Below are positions 13,564 through 24,061 of a stretch of 64,000 nucleotides of DNA, piece by piece (the first letter of the stretch is position 1; each line of letters opens with the position of its first letter). The DNA is from Epiperipatus broadwayi (taxonomy: Eukaryota; Animalia; Onychophora): assembly GCA_028023455.1 (NCBI GenBank), contig JAQFVV010000003.1, forward strand, positions 27,900,001 through 27,964,000, read 5' to 3'. The translations under genes were made by a program, and so were the position numbers. The notes under the pieces were generated by a model. The model saw only the letters and a program-made list of their open reading frames with translations, was not told where the DNA came from and ran no database searches.

Positions 13564-13605
13564 ACCTCACTGATGACGCTAGATGCAGAAACCGCAGTCT
13601 GGGGT
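13564..13605 (+). ncRNA. Minimal type I hammerhead ribozyme motif (most complete copy)
   Basis: ACCTCA CTGATGA CGC TAGAT GCA GAAA CCGCA GTC TGGGGT. Stem I ACCUCA/UGGGGU is 6 bp with one G:U; CUGAUGA 13570-13576, GAAA 13588-13591, GUC 13597-13599; C-A mismatch at the base of stem II. Confidence 0.7.
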
Positions 13606-13924
13606 TGAGGGTATTTTTAAAGCTAGTTAAGTTTGTTTTTGCTAACTCTATATATAATGTTTGTAAATACGAGCTTTATTAAAATTAGGTCATATGACAT
13701 CTGACTCTTTTTTATCAATTTAATTTTTGCTATTAAAGCTTTGGCGATTTTATATTGCTAGAGCTATTAATATATGGTGTATCTGAACTTAGTTCAGTCC
13801 CATATGGCTGAGTTAGATAGCTGGATTTTTGGACATTTGAATGTCTGAAAGTTTCAGATTTTCTTCTCAATAGTTAGGCATTAAATAAAGAGCTACGCTA
13901 GTTCTAGTATTTTTAATCCCTAAC

Positions 13925-13966
13925 ACCTCACTGACAACGCAAGATGCAGAAACCGCAGTCTGGGGT
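13925..13966 (+). ncRNA. Degenerate hammerhead module (core CTGACAA)
   Basis: ACCTCA CTGACAA CGC AAGAT GCA GAAA CCGCA GTC TGGGGT; the conserved G8 is changed to A. Confidence 0.55.
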
Positions 13967-14449
13967 TGAGAGTATTTTTAAAGCTTGTTTTTGCGAACTC
14001 TATATATAACGGTTGTAAATACGAGCTTTATTAAAATTAGGTCATATGACATCTGACTTGATTTTTTATCAATTTAGTACTACCAGTAAATTGGCTTTAA
14101 ATGCATCAAACAAAATTAGAAATATTGAAAGCCCACATCATACAATTCAAATATGATTTTAATGAAGATGGATAATTTAATGGCATTAATATTAAAAATT
14201 CAAACATGATTTTAATGAAGATGGACCTGTTGAATTTTATTTCTCCTATTAAACACGATTATTAAAAAAAAGTTAAGAACAAATCAATTTGACAGGATCT
14301 CAAATACATTTATGTTGATGGCAATGTCAGAAGTTACACTTTTTGTAAAAAAAAGAAAAAAAAAGTATTTGATTGAATTTGTTTTTTTGACTTGCCAAAT
14401 TGATTAACTTTCTTGGTCATGCAAGTTTTTTATGCATTTCATATATTAT

Positions 14450-16800
14450 TAGATAAAAGTTATACCTGCAATAGTGCTTTCTAATGTTTATGTGAATTTA
14501 TATTTTAAGGGTAACTTTTAAAATGTATACTTGAATCATTTTTCACTATTTTTTATTTGTGGGACTACTCAATTAATGACTTATTTTTCATTCCTATATA
14601 TTTTTCTATCTCATTATACCCAGTATACATATTTATGTATAAAAAGATGAAATACCATATCTATTTTCTAATACATAAGCAAATTTCATTGTAATATAAA
14701 TTATTTCTATCAAAAGAATTCTATATAATTCTGATTAATTTTATGCAACATTTTGATTTGTATTAACATTTTCTAGATTTTCTCTTATGAAAACCATTAA
14801 ACATTATTTTGGACCTATTTTATAAAATGCTTTGGAGATATATCATCCTGTCAATAATAATTTTCTTTATGTAATCTAATTACCATTTGCATTTTGGGAT
14901 CCCTTACAATATATCGGGTCTACATTTTGATGTTCCAAACACTGTAGAAACAATAGTTAAATGCCTTTTAATAAAATGCAAATCAAAAGTATAATGCCCG
15001 CTTGTACTTGATCTGTGCTAAAATTATTTTTAAATCAAACTTATTTCGGTTAATCCTTGTAAAAATGTTCTGTAGAGTATTTTTAATTTCTAATATTTCA
15101 TTTTTCACTATTTTTAAATATCAATATTATTGCTTTCTTCCAGTCTTTTTACCCATTAAACATTTTGTATATAACTTTGCCAATAATTTTTACTTATTTT
15201 ACAATATTGATAATCAATTTTGAGAACTTTTCTATTCTTTATAGATTTAGTGATACTCATCTTATAGCTAAAGATGCCGCTCTATGGCGCGGTTTTCGAG
15301 CTAAAACACATAAAAATGCTGTTTCCGCGGCCGACACGTTCGAACCCACGTTTTCTATAATACAACTTTTTTGTTGTGCTACAGAATGCAGGCCGCTATG
15401 TCGCGTCGCAGTACAGCATGTATGTCGCATCGCAGCAAATACATTTTCCAAATTCGCAGTTTATAAAATAGTTACAGCTTGATAAGAGTTTGTATTTGAA
15501 TTGGATGGAAATGTTGTTTTCCTTGGATTTTTTTTTATGTTAAAGTATTGAAATGTTCCAAATTGTTAAAGTAATAATTCTAAGACTTTTTAAAACGTAC
15601 TCTGTTGAAGTTTTAATTGGGAAAATGTTAAATATCTATGTTTTTAGTGAGTTGCAATTAGGTAACGTACTGTTCGTAACATCCCACGAGACAAAAAGAT
15701 TTAACCGTGTGTATATTTTTGAATTAAAAAAGAGCGGTACCAAAAAAATATCCAGTAAGAAAAGTACAAATATACACGATTTTTTGTAAATTTCATAAAA
15801 AGCGAATATTATAAACATGTTTAATAAGTAAAGAAGACATTTATATGTGTTGGTTGTTGTTTAAAAAAGTTTTGAGTTTCTTTTGTCAGAGTACGGTTAC
15901 GATTTTGAATTATTTTATTTTAGCATTACAAACAACAGAACACTAACCCTAAAACTAACCGTAACAACTTTTACTTTTTATTGTCATTCTATTTGAAGTA
16001 AAAAATAGCCGTAATATCTCTTTGTCTGTAAAAAAAAAAAAAAAAGTAAAACGAAGACTAAAAAAATAAAAAATAGACTAAGAAATTTTACTTTTTATTA
16101 CGATTATTATTTTTTAAACAACAACAAAAAAAGTCGTAACACAAGTAAAAAAATATCCGATAGAAAATTGATAAAAAAAAAGCCGTAACACAATTAAAAA
16201 AATATACATAAAAAAACACGAATCAAATTGTAATTTGTTGATTTTATTTTACATTCATTATTATCATTTAAATTGTATACGTTAATAAAAAATATTTATA
16301 AGACGATTTTTTGTTTTTATTTTCGTAAAAGCACAGCAAAATTATTATAATCAACGGCCCGGGAATGGTCATATTTTAGTTTAACGTGAAAATGGCGCCA
16401 TCCAATGGCATCTTTATCTATAAGACAAGCACCGATATAATTGTTTGCCTTATCTCTTTAAGACATAATTTTAGAAACAACTTTGTTTACAGAATTTCAG
16501 GTGAAATGATTTTAATTTCCTTTATACATTGCCATGTTTCAGTTGAAATTTAATAGTGAACTACTTTTTTATATTATTAACATTAGAAATCAATATCTGC
16601 TAATTCTATCATTATCTTTTACTGGTCTTTATTTCTTGTGATTATTAAAAATATTAGTCTTGAAATATATATATGTTAAAATATAATCCAGCTCTTTTAA
16701 ATCTTCCTTTGTTGCTTCGATATCCATTTGCACTCAATTTTTGTCAAAAAATATATATCTTTTTTTTTTGAGATTTTTTAAAAATAATCATTGTACATGT
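14450..16800 (-). mobile_element. RTE-like LINE relic interrupted by a Merlin-type MITE
   Basis: rc of 14780-14950 and 16440-16560 align by eye with 20950-21130 and 20520-20630; remnant RT motif DDISPKHF. Confidence 0.5.
15249..16433 (+). mobile_element. Merlin-type MITE, family shared with 62059-63231
   Basis: TIR core TCTTATAG(C/A)TAAAGATGCC...ATGGCGC at both ends; the ~1.1-kb body is collinear with 62059-63231. TSD not recovered; left end approximate. Confidence 0.78.
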
Positions 16801-16869
16801 TATTACTATGCAATTATTCATATGGTAAATAAATGTGCATCATGTGTTACAAACTTAATGGTGTTCAAG

Positions 16870-17000
16870 AAGCACCAGTTAACCTTTTCAAATGACTAGT
16901 ATTTTTTTTCTCATGTGTCATAGCATCAGCCAGGAAGCGAACCCGCTAACCTGGGACTGCTTGTAAAGCAGCTGTCGCTGACCTCTTGATCACCAATGCT
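16870..17000 (-). mobile_element. tRNA-derived SINE head relic
   Basis: rc shows A-box-like TGGTGATCAAGAGG (16982-16995) and B-box-like GGTTCGCTTCC (16933-16943) at tRNA-like spacing; no complete cloverleaf. Confidence 0.42.
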
Positions 17001-17269
17001 TGACAATGACTATTTTTTAACTGAAATATCTGGGTTTTTCAAGCTGGTTAAAACATTTGAACTTTGAAGATATATTTAGTATATATATATTAGGATTTAA
17101 AAAAGATTAAATTTATAATTACATATTTGTTTATATCGATTATATAAACTATTATTTATATTCATGTACACATACAATTTTAGTTCTGGAGATTATTAGT
17201 CAATTGAAATTATTAAATTGTATAAAAAACAAACGTTATGGAAATAAAAGGAAACTTTTGTTTTATAAT

Positions 17270-20000
17270 TTTATCAAACATTAAAGACCAAAAAGGTTTC
17301 TAGATGATTGTGCTGCACTTGCATTATGAGAATCATTCAGATGTTTATATAAGTATACAATGGTATTAAGAAAAATATTAACGTTTTTTGTGGAACACAC
17401 AAATTACTGACAGTTTGCATTAAAATATCCATTGTGCACTAGCATAGAAAGGCATCAATGCTATTGTTTTCTGTCCAAAGGCATATTGGATAACAAATCT
17501 AATTGATAACACAATCATCATTATTGAGTTATCATTGGTATTTAGTGAAAATAGAGCGCTGTGATATGGCTAGTGCATCATCCTGTTTTTGAATTTGGAT
17601 AAAACTGGTAGTTTTTTAAAATAGTTGAGAATTTCTAAGCAAGTTCATAATTTTTTTCAAATAGCCAACCATCTAATTGTTGGCCAGTAATTATAATTAT
17701 TCTTTGCTAAACAAATTAAAAAGACAAATTTTTATAACCATCACCAAATGGGTGTCATCAAACTTTTATTTTGCAATGGGATATTAAAAGACTAATTTTA
17801 ATTTTTACTAGCTAAGTAACTTTTGTGATATTCATCTAAATCTATTTTTCATAAGATTTCAATAATTTTCTCCAATTTTTTTTAATATAAATTTTAGTTA
17901 TACTCTGAACAAAGATTTATGATGTAATGATGCATCTGCTTACTATGTCTATGATCTAAATTTAAATATGGATGGAACTTGGAAATTTTTTCAGGTAGCT
18001 GTCAAAATACAAGCAATCCATATAGATAGCATTCATAAATAAATATTTAGCTACTTCCAGGAAGATGAAACAAACAAAAAAAAAAAAAAAACAATACACA
18101 AATCCTTTTAGAGACTTTTGTGCTGTTTGAGATCATTTTAACGCTACCATATTTTTAGTCAAATAAACATCTATTTTCAATTTTAATTAAAAACTTTTAT
18201 TCTCAACATATAACTGCTTTTTACAATATAAGAACATTCTAATGCCATCTATTGTCTGCATTGATAAATATCAGCAATCAATCTAAAATTGTTTTACCAG
18301 CTAATAAACATTCAAGCTTACAATAAATAGTATTAGAATAGCAACTTCGTCTCCATTCTCAGACTGTTTCTGACATTTACTTTTAACAATGAGGATTTGA
18401 GATCAAACACTGCAATGAGCTCCAATTTTAACATTTTTATTATTGAGCCTTTAGCTGGAAATTCAAAAAATTTTAACAAGTTAACTTGAGTTCAAAATCT
18501 TAAAATTTCAATTTATTGATAGTAAAAAGAAATTAAAGGTGGCTATGTATTGTTTCCAGCTTTGAAACCATTAAGTCCTTCTTGATCAAGGTAAAAGAAA
18601 TTGGTGTGGATTAAATTGAACTACTATTGAATAGCTATTGATAATTCTACTATAAATTTTATTACAATAGAAATGCTTTTGTAAATGTATTTATTATAGT
18701 TATCAAAAATGAAAATAAATTTAATCCATTATGCAGGTTTTTTTTATACATATTTAAATAAATCATATAATATAAAATATTACATACCAGCAAAAATTGT
18801 ATAATGCAGAAAAGCTTTGTAGGCAAATATTTTGTGCCCATATCAATATGATGTAAACTATTCTAAAGCTTCAATTTTCATTGCATACATAATGACTTTT
18901 ATATGTATAACATTAGTTTTCTTTTAAGAATTTTCACTATTTAATTAATATCCAAAATCTTCTGGTCCTAACAGAAACAGTTGGATCCATTATATAATAT
19001 ATACATGTAATTCAGATATGTTCAATAAAAATCCAAAAATTGAACACACAAAAATGTTAATATTACTTATAGAGACTACCTACAATGTCTATCATAAAAT
19101 ACAATAAATCCCACAACTTTGAATATTATCAATTAGCCTCAACAAAACATATAAATTCATTTAGATTAATAAAATATGCCACAACAATTTATAATAAATA
19201 GAATTGAAATTTCACTAAAAAAAAAAAAATAGTAATTATGCATTTCTACAAGGTTTAATTACTTCATCTCCAGTTCAGGCATTAAAACCTACCATGACAA
19301 TTCTAAAATGTTTTTCATTCACATCGCTATGCCATCTATTTTAAACTTTAATAATAGATGAAAGATAGTAGTGTTGAATATATCCCTATCCTGTGCTCTT
19401 ATTAGTTACTAAAGCTTACAGTAGGTGGCATCAAGCTGGTTGCTAACCCAGAAATAAAGAAGCTTAAGCCATATAATAATTTTAAAATGATTGGTTTTAT
19501 CAAAAGAATTTTGTATTGTGTATCTAAAGAAAATCTATTATTTTATTTTACTATCAAAACAAGAAGCTGTGAAGACATAAAACTGAATTATTTGTATTTG
19601 GTGAATCCCATTAAGATGAATAACCAATTCTATTACTCTGATATATAAATATCCACGACATTTTTTTCTTCAAATTTTATTTAAAATAAATTTCAACCCA
19701 TTTGTGCTTCCAATATTTGCCTTCATAATAAAGTACATGCCACTATTCAAATTAATTCTTTTCATTTCAAAAATTCAGCAATGTTTCATTTTAGTTTCCA
19801 TTTTTCTTTGCTTGAAAGTGATCTAAAGTATAAGCGGCAATGATAATCTAGCTTCACAATTTGCCTTGTCTGACAATTTTACAACTTCTGAGATATGAAG
19901 GCCATAACTTATTTTTGGCTGTCATAATTGTAAATATATAAAAAAGAATGATTATTCAACTGTATTTACAGACATCTCAATTAAAAATACTGGCATCTGA
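17270..20000 (-). mobile_element. Ancient LINE relic (APE and RT traces)
   Basis: Very degenerate endonuclease-like stretch (GLKFILNK...IRVIELVIHL, 19600-19750) and RT-like KQDDALA (~17570). Confidence 0.3.
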
Positions 20001-20199
20001 GAAAACAGTTATCAATGGTATTTCTTGAACACTAAAATTCATTATATTTAATGGGTATTGGTTAAGTACATCATGTTTATTTACAAAATAAATAATCACA
20101 TATTAATAAGTTATGATGACAAAAACATGTAATGGACATTAGGTATTTACCCCTTTAAAAAATCTTAATGAAAATTCAACAGTTAAATATTTAATTTTT

Positions 20200-21500
20200 T
20201 TGATAAAAATCTGAAGTGTAAATGGATATGGAAGCAACAAACAAAATTTCAAGAGCTGGATTACATTTTGCTAACTAAAAAAAAAAAACTTATTTCAAGA
20301 CTAATATTTTTAACAGTCAATTACAGGAAATAGTAATAAAGACTAATTAGATAGATATTAATTCAAAATTAGAGACAAAAGCTATTAAGAATGACAATAT
20401 TGTTATTCCTGATCTTGAGAAATTCATGAATTTATGTTAAAACTAGAAAATCATTTTAATATATTAAGACTGATAAAAAGGTGATGTTTTATGAAGAACT
20501 GCTACACATGTAACCAGTACAAAGAGGTAGCAATTCATTAATAAAATTTTAACTGAAACATGCTATATGAAGAAAATATTTAAAAATAATACCACTATCT
20601 GAAATTTAGTAAATAAAGAGATAAGGCATGCAATTACTCTATAAAAAATAGAAAAGTTCCAAAAATGGATTACCAATATAGGAAGCATGTGTAAAAAGTA
20701 TTGGCAAAGCTATATACCAAATATCTAAAAGATAGAGACTGGAAGAAAATAATAGCAATATTGATATTTAAAAGCAGTGAAAGAAAAAAAATTAGATGCT
20801 CTATTCTAATAATTCTACAGCTGATCTATATAGAATTATGGACTAACCAAAATAAGTTTGATTTAAAAAAAGTTTTATCAGAGAGCAAATTCAAGTACAA
20901 GTTGGTATTACACTTTGAATTTGTGTAATATTAAGACATTTAATCATAAACACACTTTCAGTGATTAAAGCTTTGGAACATCCAAGATATAGATAGACTC
21001 AGGATATTATCAAATTATAAATATTTACCTAAATGCAAATGATGATTAGATTACATAATAACACAACAAAAATTATCACTGAAAACATGTACTGACATTA
21101 TATCTCCAAAACATTTTACAAAATAGATTTAGGGATTAAAATAAAAAAACAAGAAAATAAAAATAAACAATTAGATAAAAATGGAATAAATTTAAAAAAA
21201 TCCTAAGTAATGTTTAATGGTTTTCATAAAATAAAATAAGAAAACGCTAACAACTTAACAGACTTTGATCATGATGTATAAAATTAATTATAATTAATCT
21301 GAAGTATTTTTAAAAAATGTTTTACAAATATACCTGAGTGAAAATAGTTTTAAATAGATGTATTTTATCTGTTTATAGCTATGTATGTTGGATATTATAA
21401 TGAGATCAAAACCAAAATATATGGATGAAAAACAAGTATCATTAATCGAGCTGATCACTTGCCAAATTAATTAACTACTCTACAAAAAAAAAAAAGTAGA
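20200..21500 (+). mobile_element. RTE-like LINE relic (EN-RT linker and RT)
   Basis: Fragments WIWK...ELDYILL, WKKIIAILIFKSSERKK (ORF 20701-20928) and DIISPKHFT; homologous to the 14450-16800 copy. Confidence 0.5.
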
Positions 21501-21799
21501 GAAAAGTGATAATGTCATATACATTTAAAAAATTCCCTCTAAAATATAAATTCAAATCAACATTGTACACTGTATTATGGCAGATGTAATTTTTATCTAA
21601 CATATAAAATACACAATATTTTTGAAATAATCATTTTACTATTGCAACTTTTGTATGGCTAAAGGAGTAATTTGGCAAATAAATAAAAATTTTTTTTTAA
21701 TTTTTTTTATTGAAGAAAAAGATCCAACTTTTATTTCTTAAAAGTTTTACAAAATCCAATATTCTTGCTATTATTACTAGTGCAGTTAAACTAAATCAG

Positions 21800-22790
21800 T
21801 ATAAATGTCCACTTTTGTCAAAAGTACTCGAGATCCCATCACGCTGATTTGTTCTTTAAATTTTTTAATAATCATGTTTAATAGGAGAAATGAATTTTAA
21901 TAGGTCTATCATATCTTCACTTTCTTCTCATCCTAATTGTACTTGTAATATAGCAGTAGTTAGTCTACATTTTTTAGACTTAGCAGTTTATTATACACTT
22001 TCTAATATTAATGACATTAAATTATGAATCTTTGTTAAAATTAATTTCAATTACATTCTGAGGTAATTTATTGATAATTTTGTACTATTAGTTTTCTGTT
22101 AATACTTTTTTAGTATAAGGTTAATTAGATACGTTATTAGGCATAAATTTCCAGAGATCCTTCCATTTTCTGGCTAAACAAACATGGCTTATATATTTAT
22201 TAAAAACATGGCAATCAAGTTATAAAGATATATATTTTGCTTATAAACTACCAATGTATTATAAAAATCTAATACTTTTGCCATGTTTAAATATAACACT
22301 TTCTTTGGTTGCAGTCATTTAATCTGCAGTGATATGATGAATCTGTTCAACATCTTTAAAGTAAGCATCCTTGTCAAATTTTGCGATCTCAATTCGCTCA
22401 CTACTTGAAGACTGAATTTCCAAAGAATCACATTTGGTATGTCAACCACAAGTATGCTTAAAATAATTTTTGCAAATTGAAATATTCTTTCTGCTTTTTC
22501 AAAAATATTTTAAGTTAACTTCCTAAATTATAAAATGCCTTCATAACTGCTTCTCTTTTATCAGAATTTTTTCACATTTCTGACAATATATATTTACAAA
22601 TGTTTTATATACTAAATTTCTTCTATTTCTATATTTCAGATCTTTTATTGTTCTATGTTTTTAGATATTTCAAGCTCATTTGGCAGAATTACAATTTTCC
22701 CATTCAATTTGAATTATTTTTGTTGTAATATTTTCACATTTATAATCGAATGAAGAATCTAAACATATTGTACCAATATTGAAATTGGCA
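21800..22790 (-). pseudogene. Second hAT transposase relic (C-terminal dimerisation region)
   Basis: rc near 22380-22500 reads like YF..AKIILSILVV...(R)N.L..D, resembling the hAT dimerisation motif; heavily decayed. Confidence 0.35.
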
Positions 22791-22829
22791 CATATAATTT
22801 TATCTAAAAAAATTATTAAAATAATCTTT

Positions 22830-24061
22830 CGTAAAAGAAAAATGTAAAATTAAATGTTGAAGAGTTTATTACAGTTTGTTGTCGAAAAAGTAAGAGTCAA
22901 ATAGTTTTCTATCATTAGTTTTGAAATAAAAGTTTAAAAGTTTTATAAAAGGAAGTAAAGAGTTTTTCTTATTAGCATTCGTAAAATATAAATAATTTAA
23001 AGTTTTAAAAATACAAATCTCTTTTCATTCGAATTAAAGAAAAGTAATATATGTGCGATTGTCAATAATAGAATAAATGTATGCATAATAAATATTATAA
23101 ATAAATGAAAGTTAAAGAAGATTATCATTAAAAAACACAGCAATGGCTATTAATTAATTAAAAATATAAAACAACACGTCTTGCATGGCTATTACTAATT
23201 AAACAATCTTCCAAAACGCGTTGTCAAAGGATTATCAATGAAATTTCAACAACAGATATTGCCGGAGGATATCGAAAAGAAAAACACTTCGCAGGTATAA
23301 ATAGTAAAATTTTATCGGATAATCAGTCAGTTCAGAAATTAATTGAGTCAGTTAAGTCAAGAGAAGACCATCAGTTGAGTTAATTGTATCCAGAAACAAA
23401 ATGCGGTGCTGAGCAGTTTTGGGAAATACACGCCTCTCCACAGCCTGATGTCCAATGAAAACAGCAAGATCTGCCCGTGAAATAATGTCAGCTTAACAAC
23501 TTGGAAATCTCCATCAATATCTAATTGTCTTCAATAATAATAATCATGAAGAATAATGAAACTCATCAAGGAAACGTCCCAGCCGGCTGGAAGCATTCGT
23601 ACTGGAAGAAACAGCAAACAAGAAGAAAACAAAGTTCTAAATCTACATTCAAAATCCTAGGTAAAACATTTGCTTATTTTCGTTTATACTGTAATAGTCA
23701 TTGCATTGCATTAATTCGTGCGAATCCTCCAAGAGTCTAATTATATGAACTCTATATCATACATAAAATGAACTATTGATATGTGTGTTTAAGTTTCAAA
23801 TGCTATGTAATACTTTGTTATTATATATGTGAGTGTATGAGTTAATATGTGCGTGATCATTATATCAGTGTTATTAGTTAAATTAGATAAATACCAGTGT
23901 TCTATTATTAAAATCTATAAGAATATTTAAACTAGTTTAGAAATGTTAATTTAAAAATATGCGTGTGTTTTATTAGAATTATAAAATGTTTAAAATTAGT
24001 AAATGTTAGTTAATAAATTGTCTTTAAAATTAAACTTTATTTGTCAGTCAATTCTTTTACA
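22830..24061 (+). mobile_element. Candidate solo LTR (1232 bp)
   Basis: Ends (C)GTAAAAGAA...TTCTTTTACA form a short inverted repeat (TG..CA with T>C). Flanked by AATCTTT at 22823-22829 and 24062-24068. TATAAATA at 23296 and AATAAA at 24012; no coding potential. Confidence 0.4.

Larger units (their letters stand above)
13062..14087. mobile_element. Palindromic hammerhead-bearing insertion (Penelope-like pseudo-LTR or non-LTR retrozyme derivative)
   Basis: Two divergent arms (13075-13547 minus, 13545-14074 plus) built from a 352-361-nt unit. 13-bp direct repeat TAGTACTACCAGT at 13062-13074 and 14075-14087. Five hammerhead-like modules. Confidence 0.75.
10450..14240 (+). pseudogene. Sola-like DDD transposase relic, split by two younger insertions
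   Basis: Collinear motifs: VCKNYFKDT and KYLNLDLNNKKMYELY, KDT (10900-11300); after the hAT MITE, F(D)LQKVLAFPKL, CVWSENEGSR, GENRNIK and SGHTYLPDS (12600-12910); coding-like sequence resumes after 14087. Family assignment is from recalled motif patterns. Confidence 0.65.

Noticed and set aside
13780-13900. Possible GIY-YIG C-terminal coding trace in the ribozyme repeat unit
   Set aside because: It needs frameshifts and stop read-through in every frame; too weak to claim without a profile search.
15165-15482. Similar ORFs in the MITE copies (15165-15482, 15257-15451, 62017-62311, 54055-54388)
   Set aside because: The similarity reflects DNA homology of a non-coding GC-rich subterminal block; starts and stops are not conserved between copies.
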